DNA of 32,000 bases from Nostoc punctiforme PCC 73102 (GCF_000020025.1 NC_010628.1:4650001-4682000); one strand, 5' to 3'; counted from the first letter of the stretch, positions 18,377 to 28,497 are shown. Numbers and translations are program-made. The notes: a model not told the origin generated them from the sequence alone.

Positions 18377-18874
18377 ATGAGTGCTAACGAAATATCTCTT
18401 CGACCTGCCCAAGAAACAGATGCGTGGGTGCTGAGTGCAATTCATATTGCTGCTATCAAAGCTTTGCCTGCAACTTTCTACACTCAAAAAGAACTTTTAG
18501 CTTGGCGTAATTACCGCGACAAACCGGATGGTTCAAATATCTTGAAGAGTATGAAAGTGGAAACTTGCAAAGTTGCCATTAAGGGAGATGCTGTTATAGG
18601 TTTTGCTAGTTTTATTGTTGATGAACTCATCGGGCTGTATGTCCATCCTAAATATCAAGGTAAAGGGATTGGGCGTGCTTTAGTTCAAAATTTTTGTGAT
18701 GAAGCAACCGATCGAGGTATAGATAAGGTAATTACAACTGCTAGTCTTTATGCGGAAGGATTTTATTTACGACTGGGATTTACTACCATTCAAAAAGCAC
18801 CTCATTATTTAAGCAAGGGGATAGTTGTTCCAGTTACGAAAATGAGTAAAATATTAGCTACGACACCGAGATAA
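18377..18874 (+). CDS. GNAT family N-acetyltransferase
   Basis: 165 aa. The acetyl-CoA binding motif A is LIGLYVHPKYQGKGIGRALV (Q/RxxGxG/A), and the size is typical for a GNAT. Confidence 0.85.
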   Translation: MSANEISLRPAQETDAWVLSAIHIAAIKALPATFYTQKELLAWRNYRDKPDGSNILKSMKVETCKVAIKGDAVIGFASFIVDELIGLYVHPKYQGKGIGRALVQNFCDEATDRGIDKVITTASLYAEGFYLRLGFTTIQKAPHYLSKGIVVPVTKMSKILATTPR

Positions 18875-18995
18875 ATTTGAGCCTATACCAGATTTCCAAT
18901 AACTTTAAAAGTACTGATATCAAGAGTATTTTTATTTAATTTACAACAACTTTGGAGACATAAAATATTATGAAAGTAAGTACTTGCCAGTATAA

Positions 18996-19625
18996 ATGAA
19001 TAAAAGCATCCGTTCATCAACTCTCACTCGTATACGTTTGATAGAAGCCGCCTCGCAAGTATTTGCCAGTTTAGGTGTTCAAGGAGCGACTACCCGTGAA
19101 ATAGCTCGTGTTGCTGGTGTGAATGAGGTGACTTTATTTCGTCACTTTGCTAGCAAAGAACAACTTCTGGGAGCAGTCATCAAAAATGCCTTGGCACTCC
19201 AGACCGAAGCCCTTGCATACCCCGAAGCGTGGACACAGGATCTAAAAATTGATTTAAGACAATATGCCCATCTTTATAATACTATGCTAGAAGCACAGGA
19301 AGACTTAATTCGTACATTTATTGGAGAAGCTAAACGTCATCCTGAAGCAGCTAAACAAGTGATTCAAGAAGCCGCCAAGCCTTTAAGAGAAAAACTGGTT
19401 GCTTATCTTGAATCGAGCCAGAAACTAGGCACCGTGAGAGTAGACCTCGCTCCATTTCCAGCAGTAGATATGTTTACGGGAATGCTGTTAGCTGGAATGC
19501 TATGTCGCAGTGCAAAATTTAATCAAGGCAGCTATAGCTGTGAGGACTATATCGAAACCTGTGTAGATATTTTTGTGCGCGGTATTAGTACCTCTAACAG
19601 TTCTCAATGCGGCTGTAAGTTCTGA
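18996..19625 (+). CDS. TetR/AcrR family transcriptional regulator
   Basis: The N-terminal HTH is RLIEAASQVFASLGVQGATTREIARVAGVNEVTLFRHFASKEQLL, followed by an all-helical C-terminal ligand domain. 209 aa. Confidence 0.9.
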   Translation: MNKSIRSSTLTRIRLIEAASQVFASLGVQGATTREIARVAGVNEVTLFRHFASKEQLLGAVIKNALALQTEALAYPEAWTQDLKIDLRQYAHLYNTMLEAQEDLIRTFIGEAKRHPEAAKQVIQEAAKPLREKLVAYLESSQKLGTVRVDLAPFPAVDMFTGMLLAGMLCRSAKFNQGSYSCEDYIETCVDIFVRGISTSNSSQCGCKF

Positions 19626-19757
19626 GCTAAAGTAGATAATTTATGCCAATAGTATTGATTAAAAATGGTTTAAATTAGCGTTTGGTGATAATTATTTTTT
19701 ACAATTTAAAATATGTACTTAACTCAATTATTTTATTTAATTTTAGGTTCACAACAG

Positions 19758-20471
19758 TTATTCATAATTAGTCGTTAGAGTAGAGCCGCCATTAACTAAA
19801 AGCGCTTGTTGTTTTGCCAGCACTTGTTTGCGTAACAAGAGCAATTTTCTATCTTTTATACCTTCTGCGATTAATCCATCGACAGTTTTCATAAGATAAT
19901 CAGCGCAGGAACCCAATTTTCCAGATGCGGTGGCAATGCTATTAACAGTAGTTGTTAATGGTAGTTTATGAGCGTATCTGGGATGCTGGCGATTAGCAAC
20001 AAAGGCGATCGCTTTAAATTCTTGCGTACCATCAAACACCTTTACCCAACGGGCAACGTAGACACCAGCTAACATTTCCCGTCGCCAAATCAGCAATAAT
20101 TCGGATGCTACATCAGCAGCAGCAATTCGATAAACAATACCACGACAACTACCGCCGCGATCGAGTCCTAAGAGTAATCCGGGATTCTCTGGAGTACCGC
20201 GACCGAGGATCATCCATGTACAGAAGCGCCGATGCCAACCATAAATGATCCCAGCACGGCGCTCGATGTATGTAATTAGGGGATTCCAAATTAGGGAACC
20301 GTAGGCAAATATCCAGATATCAGAATTTGGTAGTTGCTGTTGTAGTATTTCATGGAGCGATCGCTGTAACTCATCTTCGCTCAGAGTAGTTAACTTGATT
20401 CCAGAGTGTGATGCTTCTAACAGTCTAGTCTGTGCGTTTTCAGCTTCGAGGTCGCTACGACTGAGTGACAT
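19758..20471 (-). CDS. chaC: ChaC-family gamma-glutamylcyclotransferase
   Basis: IWIFAYGSLIWNP (YGSLxW motif), GWHRRFC, GRGTPENPGLLLGLDRGGSCRGIVYR and LLIWRREM are colinear with E. coli ChaC as I remember it. Confidence 0.88.
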   Translation of the reverse strand: MSLSRSDLEAENAQTRLLEASHSGIKLTTLSEDELQRSLHEILQQQLPNSDIWIFAYGSLIWNPLITYIERRAGIIYGWHRRFCTWMILGRGTPENPGLLLGLDRGGSCRGIVYRIAAADVASELLLIWRREMLAGVYVARWVKVFDGTQEFKAIAFVANRQHPRYAHKLPLTTTVNSIATASGKLGSCADYLMKTVDGLIAEGIKDRKLLLLRKQVLAKQQALLVNGGSTLTTNYE

Positions 20472-20634
20472 AATGTAGATTATTTCCTTTTCTGTAACTA
20501 TTCAGTAATTTCACTATAACTTTAAGATAAATTAATCATAGTATCGCTTCCTTTTCCGTAGGATTATAGAGTAAGCCTAACTACAGGCAGCAGTATCTTG
20601 ATGATGCTAATCCACGAAATAAGGAGCAAGCTTT

Positions 20635-21417
20635 GTGGCATCTGCGACAAATCAATTATTAAAGTTATCAATCCAATATTTACCAACAATTGCCACTAAA
20701 TTAGCAATTACAACTCTAATAGCAATTCTACCGTTACCAGTTAAAGCAGTTACATTAGTCACTAGTCGTGCTAATTTTGGAAGTAATGACGGAATTGATT
20801 GGTCAAGTTTGGGTAAAGTGTTCAATCCCTTTGCTCCCGATCCTTCGGCTTTTTTGCCTAACTCCTTTTCAGCAGTATCCGAAGGCGGTTTAGCTTTAGG
20901 TGTAACTGTACCTCAAGTTAATGATTCTGGTATTACCCCACCTTTTGTTTTTCAAACCTCTTTTATACCTAAAGGTATTCCGACTAACTTCACTGATGGC
21001 GATTTTCTTCTCTTCACAGGCTTTAACCCACAAAGTGGTTTTCCTGCCATTGGCAACTCAAGCCCTTTGACCATTAACTTTGATCGTCCTGTTTTCGGTG
21101 CTGGTACTCAAATAGCTGTAGATGATATTCTAAAATTCAACGTGTTTGTCTCAGCTTTTGATAGTGCCAATAACTTATTGGGTACTTTCTCTATACCGGG
21201 AACTTCTTCAGTAACATTGGATAATTCAGCATTGTTCGTTGGGATTAGCAGTGAAACTGCTAACATCTCGCGACTGGTTTTCAGTACTTCTGAGTTAAAT
21301 AGGGCTTTTGCTATCAACAGGGTGAGTATTATTGCATTTCCTGAACCAAATTATACCTTGGCTATCTTAGCTTTCGGTGTTTCATCTGCCATTTTGAAAG
21401 TACGCCAACGCAGGTAA
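20635..21417 (+). CDS. Secreted protein with a C-terminal PEP-CTERM sorting signal
   Basis: The C-terminus FPEPNYTLAILAFGVSSAILKVRQRR combines a PEP motif, a TM helix and a basic tail. The N-terminal signal-like segment is LAITTLIAILPLPVKAVT. The GTG start is preceded by AAGGAG (20621-20626). Confidence 0.8.
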   Translation: MASATNQLLKLSIQYLPTIATKLAITTLIAILPLPVKAVTLVTSRANFGSNDGIDWSSLGKVFNPFAPDPSAFLPNSFSAVSEGGLALGVTVPQVNDSGITPPFVFQTSFIPKGIPTNFTDGDFLLFTGFNPQSGFPAIGNSSPLTINFDRPVFGAGTQIAVDDILKFNVFVSAFDSANNLLGTFSIPGTSSVTLDNSALFVGISSETANISRLVFSTSELNRAFAINRVSIIAFPEPNYTLAILAFGVSSAILKVRQRR

Positions 21418-21440
21418 CAATTATTGTCTAAACACTTGTA

Positions 21441-21463
21441 GAGACGGCGATTTATCGCGTCTC
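21441..21463. terminator. Short hairpin between convergent genes (Nostoc-type repeat; candidate bidirectional terminator)
   Basis: gagacggcga / tcgcgtctc form a 9-bp stem with one bulged G and a ttta loop. It lies between the PEP-CTERM gene stop (21417) and the SDR stop (21484). Confidence 0.4.
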
Positions 21464-21483
21464 AAAACCCACGATTTTGTACT

Positions 21484-22233
21484 TTAATGTTCTTGTCCCG
21501 TTGGCCGGATAAGAATTTCGTTGACATTAACGCGCGACGGTTGCGTGACGGCATAAACGATCGCAGCAGCAACGTCTTCACTATGCAGAGGTGTAATTGC
21601 CTTGCGCCGTTCCTCAATGCGTTGTTTGGCAACTGGATCGGTAATTTGGTTGTCAATTTCCGTATCCACTAAACCAGGTTCAATAATGGTGACGCGGATG
21701 TTGTCCTTGTGGACTTCTTGGCGTAAAGCTTCTGAGAGGGCATTAACGCCCCATTTAGTAGCATTATAAACACCCACACCCGCCCGTGCTGTCCGACCTG
21801 CCACTGAGGAGATATTGACTATGTGCCCCGATTTTTGCGCCTTCAACAGAGGTAAAACAGCGTGGGTAGCATATAGCAGTCCCAGTACGTTGATGTCGAA
21901 CGATCGCCGCCAGTCTGAGCTATTTCCAGCTTCAATGGTTCCGAGTAAGGCAATCCCTGCATTATTTACAAGGATATCGACCCTTCCCAATTCGACATTT
22001 GCCTTTGCCACCAAGTGATTTACCTGGTTTTCATCAGTCACATCAGTGACAATGGGCAATGCCTTGCCACCACTAGCTTCAATCCGTTCTGCTAATGCCT
22101 GAATGCGATCGCCACGCCTAGCAGCCAATACTACTGTTGCTCCTTCTGCCGCCAATGCGATCGCAGTTGCTTCTCCAATTCCTGCTGAAGCCCCAGTGAT
22201 AATTGCTACTTGTTCTTTTAATTTACCTGTCAT
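21484..22233 (-). CDS. Short-chain dehydrogenase/reductase (classical SDR)
   Basis: TGASAGIG (TGxxxGxG), NNAG, and the catalytic S...YNATK (YxxxK). 249 aa. Confidence 0.92.
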   Translation of the reverse strand: MTGKLKEQVAIITGASAGIGEATAIALAAEGATVVLAARRGDRIQALAERIEASGGKALPIVTDVTDENQVNHLVAKANVELGRVDILVNNAGIALLGTIEAGNSSDWRRSFDINVLGLLYATHAVLPLLKAQKSGHIVNISSVAGRTARAGVGVYNATKWGVNALSEALRQEVHKDNIRVTIIEPGLVDTEIDNQITDPVAKQRIEERRKAITPLHSEDVAAAIVYAVTQPSRVNVNEILIRPTGQEH

Positions 22234-22314
22234 TTATTTAATTCCTTAGTGATTAGTAATTGGTAATTAGTAATTGAGATTAGTTATTCTCCCCCTGCTC
22301 CCGTTCGGCTACGC

Positions 22315-23754
22315 TCACGGTAAGCCTGCCCCCTTCCTCTTCCCGATCCTCAACACGGATGCGACTGCTGCTCCACAAAGTATTAGGGCTGCAAAGCGAA
22401 AAGTTCCTTGGAATCCCGCAACGATCGCATCAGGAGGGGCAACAGAAACATCTGCACCCGCAGACATGCTAGCGATTAATGCTCCAAATACTGCCCCGAT
22501 TAAAGAAACTCCTACTGTGTTCCCTGATGTACGTGACAAAGATAGTAGCCCAGAAGCAATCCCTAGCCGCTCCCTTGGTACTGCTCCCATAACAGTGCTG
22601 TTGTTGGGCGATTGGAATAAACCCAGTCCAATGCCGTAAATAAAATAGCGCGACACATAGCCTAGCTCAGTAATCTGAGCATCAAAGGTGCTAATCCCCA
22701 AACAGCCACCTATCATTAACCCCAGTCCAATTGGGCTGATTAGTCGAGCGCCAAAGCGGTCTGAAAGTATTCCTCCTAATGGCGCAATTAACCCACTAAG
22801 TACAGGTGACACGGCTAGTAGCAGCCCCACTTTTACCGTCGGATAATGCTTGACGCTCTCTAGAAAGAAAGGGACGATGAGTAGTGAACCGCCGATAACA
22901 ATGAATGCTAGCCACCCACTTAGCAAACCCATACTCAACTGAAGATTGCGAAACAGGTGTAGTTCTAGTAGCGGCTCCTTTATAACTGCTTCAACTACCA
23001 AAAAAATTATGAAACTTAAGGTAGCGATCACTAATAATACTAGTGCATTAGTACTGCCAAAGCCCTGGCTTTGCCCTAGCGTCATACCTAGACCAAAACT
23101 ACCCAGAGTTAATAAAGCCAATATAGCTCCAAAAAAGTCAAATCTCTGTTTCCCCTGAATGCGTATAGAAGGTGGCACTACCCGAGCTATCAAAAAACTA
23201 GCGATAATCCCCAACGGTACATTGATGAAGAATATACTATGCCAGCCTGATAAGCTTAGGAGCAGTCCGCCTGCGGAAGGGCCAAAAGCAATTCCCAGTG
23301 ATACAACACTACCGATAACGCCAACAGCGCGACCTCGCTCCGAAGATGGAAAAACTTCTGTAATGATTGCCAAACCAAGCCCAGAAATGAACACAGCACC
23401 CAGTCCTTGAAGTGCGCGAAAGGCAATCAACCACTCAATACTAGGTGCAAAACCACACAACAGCGAACTGAAAGTAAATAGAACAAGTCCCCCCTGATAC
23501 AAAGACTTCTTACCCCACATATCTCCCAAGCGGGTTGCCCCCAAAACTAAACCGGAACTGACCAACTGGTAACTCAATACAGCCCATTGGGTTGTCGGAA
23601 AACTGGTGCCAAAGGCTTGTACCAATGTGGGTAAAGCAACATTGATGATGCCCACATCGAGGGTAGACATGAACACCCCAAGTCCGACACCGAGTAAGAC
23701 CCAATTTTTCTGAGCGTCTGACAAAGCCAGAGGTTGTGTTTCCAATTGTGCCAA
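22315..23754 (-). CDS. MFS transporter, DHA2 (EmrB/QacA-like, 14-TMS type) drug:H+ antiporter family
   Basis: 479 aa and highly hydrophobic. FMSTLDVGIINVALPTL and LGDMWGKK match DHA2 signature regions. The TTG start is preceded by GGCGGAGG at 7-nt spacing. Confidence 0.88.
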   Translation of the reverse strand: MAQLETQPLALSDAQKNWVLLGVGLGVFMSTLDVGIINVALPTLVQAFGTSFPTTQWAVLSYQLVSSGLVLGATRLGDMWGKKSLYQGGLVLFTFSSLLCGFAPSIEWLIAFRALQGLGAVFISGLGLAIITEVFPSSERGRAVGVIGSVVSLGIAFGPSAGGLLLSLSGWHSIFFINVPLGIIASFLIARVVPPSIRIQGKQRFDFFGAILALLTLGSFGLGMTLGQSQGFGSTNALVLLVIATLSFIIFLVVEAVIKEPLLELHLFRNLQLSMGLLSGWLAFIVIGGSLLIVPFFLESVKHYPTVKVGLLLAVSPVLSGLIAPLGGILSDRFGARLISPIGLGLMIGGCLGISTFDAQITELGYVSRYFIYGIGLGLFQSPNNSTVMGAVPRERLGIASGLLSLSRTSGNTVGVSLIGAVFGALIASMSAGADVSVAPPDAIVAGFQGTFRFAALILCGAAVASVLRIGKRKGAGLP

Positions 23755-24106
23755 GGTTTAGCCTCCGCCTTTGATTTTACGGTTATGAATAGTTTGCATA
23801 CGTATATTCATTATCCTCACTATCTGTTCGCTGCGATCGCTTGGTTGCTCAGAAATGCTCTGGATGAATTGCCAAATTCAAGTTTATTTCAGGCATTATT
23901 TTCTCAATCAGCAACACTGGCTTTTCTACTTGCCATAATATTTTGGTAAAGTACTTAGATACTTTTAACTCCAAGCTCCTTCGACTATATTAAAAATAGT
24001 ATTCACTAAAATACGGTAACTTGATACATTGACTGTATTTTATACTAGTTAGCAAACTATCATAGACACCTCTAAGAAGCAAGTCCTAGAGATTTTCGTA
24101 TAAGCA

Positions 24107-24556
24107 ATGACTCAAAAAGCTGCCTTATCTCGATTTGTATTAGCATTTATTGCAGGCTTTGTGTCTGTTTTGCTATTTCACCAAGGTATGTTGGCGTTGC
24201 TACATACAGTGAATTTCACGCCTCGCACTCCTTATCCAACTGCACCAACACAACCATTTGGAATCCCGCAAATTTGGTCAAGTGCATTCTGGGGAGGAAT
24301 TTGGGGAATGATTTGGGTAGCAATCGCGCCTCGTTTTCAAAATAATAAAAGCTATTGGTTAGCAGCATTGGTATTTGGTGCAATCGCCCCAACGCTAGTA
24401 GCTTGGTTTGTGGTCGCACCACTCAAGGGTCAGCCCATCGCTGGAGGCTGGAAACTTGTGGGAATAGTCACAGGTTTATTGGTTAATGGTGCTTGGGGAA
24501 TAGGAACCGCCGGGTTGCTGAGATTATTCTCTAGAAGACAATTGTTCAACAGCTGA
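24107..24556 (+). CDS. Small integral membrane protein (about 4 TM helices), function unknown
   Basis: 149-aa ORF with four hydrophobic stretches (FVLAFIAGFVSVLLF, GGIWGMIWVAI, WLAALVFGAIAPTLVAWFVV, VGIVTGLLVNGAWGIGTAGLL). Confidence 0.65.
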   Translation: MTQKAALSRFVLAFIAGFVSVLLFHQGMLALLHTVNFTPRTPYPTAPTQPFGIPQIWSSAFWGGIWGMIWVAIAPRFQNNKSYWLAALVFGAIAPTLVAWFVVAPLKGQPIAGGWKLVGIVTGLLVNGAWGIGTAGLLRLFSRRQLFNS

Positions 24557-24619
24557 GATTTTTTAAGACTTTTACTAGTTTCTGAAGAGACTCGCCATTT
24601 ATTCAGTAAGCCAGTAAAG

Positions 24620-25045
24620 TTATTTCCCAGACGTTCCCGGCTCAATCCGCGCCCCAAGCTGAAGAACTCGTCCGAGATCATCAGCGTTTCGCCAAGTTTC
24701 AACTATCTTCCCGTCAACAATCCAATGAATGAACATAGCCGTGAACGTCTGCTCTCGACCATGACTAGGTATTCCAAAGAAACTTTCTTGAGTGCAGGTA
24801 TTAGTTGCACGCACCACAACTTTGTCACCTTCAGCAATTACGTCTTCAATTGTCCATTTCTGCTCGATAGCCCCAAATGAGCCAAAGAGTTTACGTACCC
24901 CATCCGGCCCTGGAGGAAGCCCAGGTAAAGCACCGTGCATCCTCCAAGTTGGGGCAGTCATCTCGCAGATATCTTCAATTCGATGCTCGCTAATGAGTTC
25001 GACCCAGCGTCGAGCAATTATTTTATTGTCTTCAACATTAGACAT
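24620..25045 (-). CDS. SnoaL-like / ester cyclase family protein (NTF2-like fold)
   Basis: NKIIARRWVELISEH..., IEDVIAEGDKVVVRATNTCTQESFFGIPSHGREQTFTAMFIHWIVDGKIVETWRNADDLGRVLQLG matches the ester-cyclase pattern (aegD.V..r....GTh...f.G.p.tG......dGKI.E.W...D....QLG). Confidence 0.8.
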   Translation of the reverse strand: MSNVEDNKIIARRWVELISEHRIEDICEMTAPTWRMHGALPGLPPGPDGVRKLFGSFGAIEQKWTIEDVIAEGDKVVVRATNTCTQESFFGIPSHGREQTFTAMFIHWIVDGKIVETWRNADDLGRVLQLGARIEPGTSGK

Positions 25046-25501
25046 TGCTACTCCTTTTTACTTAAAACTAAAAATAGTATTTACTTATCAGTGATTAATT
25101 CTGGGCTGATGCAAGTTCAAAAATAAATTTTTGCTCCGTGCATTATTGCTAATTTTTTGAAAGACAGGCACTCCCGCTTTGGGCAGCCCCAAATATTATT
25201 GCATTTTAGACAGCATCCCAAACGCTCTCATAACTGGTACACTGCCACGTACTTTAATCGAATGTCCTAACGCACAGGACATTTTTGGGACAAAGCAAGT
25301 CTACAGCATGGGTTTTGACGATGCAGACAAACAACAAGTAATATTAGTATCATCCAAACTAAGCAAAATCCCTTGCTTCTTGCCCCAGCAGAAAGTGTAA
25401 AGATGTGTATACTAATAATGATTCGAGAATAATAGCTCAGAAAATAACGAGAATATTATTTACTTTACTCAGTCACTGCAAGAGAAAAAGGATTTATCAA
25501 A

Positions 25502-26521
25502 ATGGATTCCTTCGGTATCTACACCCTGGCTAATGATGTGGTGTTTGACCAACTAGTAGCTTTGCTAAACAGTATTGAGGTGAATGTTAGCGCAGATATT
25601 CCTATTTGTATAATTCCATATAATGAGCAACTAGATTTAGTTAGGAAAGAAATTAATAATCGAAAAAATGTAATCTTATTTGATAATTGGGACGTAATTC
25701 AACACTGGGAAGAATTTGCTCATCAGGTTTGGGCAGCACATCCAAGGGAAAAAGAGGCAAAGTTATCACGTCCTAGTTGGTACAAAAGTCATTTACAAAG
25801 AAAGTTTGTTGCCTTTGAGGGTATTTTTGATAAATTCGTATTTTATGACGGTGATAGTTTGGCAATGAAGCCACTCAATAATGTAATTGACAAGTTAGAA
25901 ACATCAGATTTTGTTTTTGATGATTGGGAACACCTTAAGGATAGGGCTGTTGCAGCGTTAAATATTTCAGTCATAGAGAAAACTGGGCTGTATACAGAAG
26001 CAGATATACGTCCTCAACTCCATTGTTCTAGTTTTTTTGGCTCTAAACGAGGATTGTTTACTGTTAAAGAAATTGAGATACTGAAGGAGCGATTAATTAC
26101 CCAAAAAGAAGTTGAGTGGATTAATGGACATGGATGGTGGGATGATTCTTTTTTGTTTAACTATATGACCTTGCGCTGCGATCGCCCACTTTTTAACTTT
26201 ACACTTAGCCCCAATGGTGAAGATAGAACAGGCAACTGTGCCAATGCAGATCCCTTTGTCAATATTAATAACGTTCTTTATAATCAAGATGGCTTAAAAC
26301 CAATTCATCGTATACATTATATGAGCTATTCTTCTCGTGATTTTGCCCAGTTATCTCAAGGGCAAGATGTCAATATATGTTATGGAGATGAATTTTTGCA
26401 CTATCGCTTTCTTAAAGAACCAGAACAAAGACCAAAACAGCTTAAACCAGCAAGTATAATTACCAAAACTAACAATTTCTTTAACAAAACAATGAATAAA
26501 ATTCAAAGAACTCTCCGTTAA
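25502..26521 (+). CDS. Putative nucleotide-diphospho-sugar transferase (GT8-like), cyanobacterial conserved protein
   Basis: 339-aa ORF. The N-terminus GIYTLANDVVFDQLVALLNSIEVN and the FYDGDSLAM (DxD-like) motif resemble the GT-A/GT8 layout. It is adjacent to a GT2 gene. The function is inferred only. Confidence 0.5.
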   Translation: MDSFGIYTLANDVVFDQLVALLNSIEVNVSADIPICIIPYNEQLDLVRKEINNRKNVILFDNWDVIQHWEEFAHQVWAAHPREKEAKLSRPSWYKSHLQRKFVAFEGIFDKFVFYDGDSLAMKPLNNVIDKLETSDFVFDDWEHLKDRAVAALNISVIEKTGLYTEADIRPQLHCSSFFGSKRGLFTVKEIEILKERLITQKEVEWINGHGWWDDSFLFNYMTLRCDRPLFNFTLSPNGEDRTGNCANADPFVNINNVLYNQDGLKPIHRIHYMSYSSRDFAQLSQGQDVNICYGDEFLHYRFLKEPEQRPKQLKPASIITKTNNFFNKTMNKIQRTLR

Positions 26522-26591
26522 ATATAGCTTTATTGGTGACGCGTTAAATTAGTATTCTATTTTCTATATTTTCTAGTTACTAGTATAAAAT

Positions 26592-27539
26592 ATGCCTAAA
26601 ATTACTGTTTGCGTTCCTACTTTTAATCGTGTTAATCTTCTTCCTTATGCCATTGACAGTGTACTGAATCAGTCTGAGCAAGACTTTGAGCTAATTGTTT
26701 GTGATGACGGTTCTAGCGATCGCACACCTGAGTTAATGTCACAGTATACAGACCAACGGATTAAATATATTCGTCATTTGCAAAATATTGGTAAAAGTAA
26801 TAATATGCGCTCTGGCTTTGATGCAGCCAGTGGTGAATATTTTATTAAATTTGATGATGACGATCGGCTCACACCCGATTTTCTTGCAAGTACCGCAGCG
26901 ATTCTTGCTCAAGACTCTAGCATTGATTTTGTTGGTACAGACCATTGGATAATTGATATTAACAATGTGCGGGATGAAGCAAAAACTCAAGAAAATACTC
27001 ATCGCTGGGGTAGAAAAAATTTACCAGCAGGTGTTGTAGATAATTTGTTGGAAGTTGTATTTGTTAACCAAAGCTTTCAAGTTGGTGCAACATTATTCCG
27101 CCGTAAAACATTGCAAGAATTAGGATATATGCAGCCAAATATGCAAAATTGTGAGGATAATGATTTATTTGTGCGTTTAGCTTTGGCGGGAAAGAAGGGT
27201 TATTATTTACCAAAATTATTGATGGAATATCGCACTCATGCAGAACAGCAAGGTATAAATCGAGCCATTCCTTATTTGTTTGATAAAATCCGGTATTTAG
27301 AAAGTTATAAGTTTGATTTTGAAAAAATAGAGACAATCAGGAAAAATCGTCTAACTGAAACGCAGTTATTATTAGGTTTGCGTTTAATTGAAAAGGGTGA
27401 AACGCAAAAAGGTAGAGAGCTAGTTTTGGCAGGGCAGTCTTTTTCAACTCCTAAAGCTTGGACTGGTTTAGGATTATCATTGTTACCAGTTGGGTTGCGA
27501 GGTAAGGCGTTTAATGCACTGCGACAAGTGCGGGGTTAA
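26592..27539 (+). CDS. Family-2 glycosyltransferase
   Basis: ITVCVPTFNRVNLLPYAIDSVLNQSEQDFELIVCDDGSSDRT and FDDDD are GT2 hallmarks. 315 aa. Confidence 0.9.
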   Translation: MPKITVCVPTFNRVNLLPYAIDSVLNQSEQDFELIVCDDGSSDRTPELMSQYTDQRIKYIRHLQNIGKSNNMRSGFDAASGEYFIKFDDDDRLTPDFLASTAAILAQDSSIDFVGTDHWIIDINNVRDEAKTQENTHRWGRKNLPAGVVDNLLEVVFVNQSFQVGATLFRRKTLQELGYMQPNMQNCEDNDLFVRLALAGKKGYYLPKLLMEYRTHAEQQGINRAIPYLFDKIRYLESYKFDFEKIETIRKNRLTETQLLLGLRLIEKGETQKGRELVLAGQSFSTPKAWTGLGLSLLPVGLRGKAFNALRQVRG

Positions 27540-27663
27540 GCTAGCTTTATCTTGGTATTAATAGTTTCCCGGAAGTATTATATTTGTGGCAGTTCATAAG
27601 TATAACGAGCCAGTTTTCTTATTTTGACATCATTTACTGAGGTATCGAGGCGGAACACACCTA

Positions 27664-28497
27664 TTATTGACTGCGTATACTTGTAACTTGTTTTAGTTTT
27701 TCGTAAGTACCTTTGGCAAAGTTTTTAATTTTATGTTCACTTCCTGATTCAGACGATTTCTTAAGATTTTGCCAGGTTAAAATTTTTCCTGCTTGTTTCC
27801 AATATTTAATAGCTTCCCATGCAGCATTTGTTTGATTTTTATTTGCGCCAGCTTCCTCTAAGAGACTCTTAATTTCATCCTCATTTGCTATTAGCAAATT
27901 TAACTTTGGTGGAGGTACCACTTCTTTAATAAGTAATGCCAGTTTTTCCAATGCAGATAATATATTTTCAAGTCGGCTTTCAATTGCTTTCAATTTTACT
28001 TCAGAATCTGATTTTTCTGTATTACCTGAAGTATTAGAAATTAATTGATTTATTTTGGTATAAATTGGTTTAAGTTTTTGCTCAATTAAGCTACTAATAT
28101 CAGTTTCTTCTTTTACACTATTTTCACCATCAATTGAATAGCCAAGTAACTGCTGCATTTCATCTTTAGCAGCAGCAGCTTGCTCATCATTCATATCAAA
28201 CACCCAAACCCATAGCTTTTCAATGTCAAGTTCTTTAGCAACAATACACCAATCAGTACCATAGACAACTTCGTACTCCTCTTCTTCACTATACGCTTGG
28301 GTACGACGCACAATTAGAGGAATTAAATTACTTTTGTGTTGAGTTAGAGTCTCCTCTATTAGCTGGTGTCTTTCTAACGAAATATTCTGCTGTTCTGACG
28401 CTGATATAGCAATCTGAAAAGTATAAACTTGACCATGACTAATTGGTTCAATACCCAAGTTAGCGCGAATACGGGCACGACGTTGTGAACTATCCAT
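27664..28497 (-). CDS. Degenerate ParB-like N-terminal domain protein with a coiled-coil middle and a possible HhH-like C-terminus
   Basis: NLIPLIVRRTQ...EYEVVYGTDWCIVAKELDIEKLWVWVF follows the ParB-N pattern (P-hV....Y.hh.G.RR..AAk.hg). However, the GERRxRAA box is replaced by GTDWCIVA, so the arginines are missing. Heptad-like helical region: aa ~130-200. The ATG overlaps the upstream ParA-fusion gene by 8 nt. Confidence 0.65.
   Translation of the reverse strand: MDSSQRRARIRANLGIEPISHGQVYTFQIAISASEQQNISLERHQLIEETLTQHKSNLIPLIVRRTQAYSEEEEYEVVYGTDWCIVAKELDIEKLWVWVFDMNDEQAAAAKDEMQQLLGYSIDGENSVKEETDISSLIEQKLKPIYTKINQLISNTSGNTEKSDSEVKLKAIESRLENILSALEKLALLIKEVVPPPKLNLLIANEDEIKSLLEEAGANKNQTNAAWEAIKYWKQAGKILTWQNLKKSSESGSEHKIKNFAKGTYEKLKQVTSIRSQ

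Noticed and set aside
22274-22639. A 121-aa plus-strand ORF overlapping the 3' end of the MFS transporter gene
   Set aside because: It is antisense to a clearly coding hydrophobic transporter. Its Pro/Ala-rich composition is typical of a mirror frame.
18996-23754. The TetR regulator as the dedicated repressor of the DHA2 MFS pump
   Set aside because: The two genes are separated by three unrelated genes (ChaC-like, PEP-CTERM, SDR) in mixed orientations. I found no shared palindromic operator upstream of either gene.
23734-23949. A 71-aa plus-strand ORF starting inside the MFS gene start region
   Set aside because: It overlaps the MFS start codon and RBS on the opposite strand and has no motifs. 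It is probably an artefact of a long intergenic open frame.
25179-25400. A 73-aa plus-strand ORF upstream of the GT8-like gene
   Set aside because: It has an alternative start codon, no RBS and no motifs. I treat it as intergenic or promoter sequence, although a small protein cannot be excluded.
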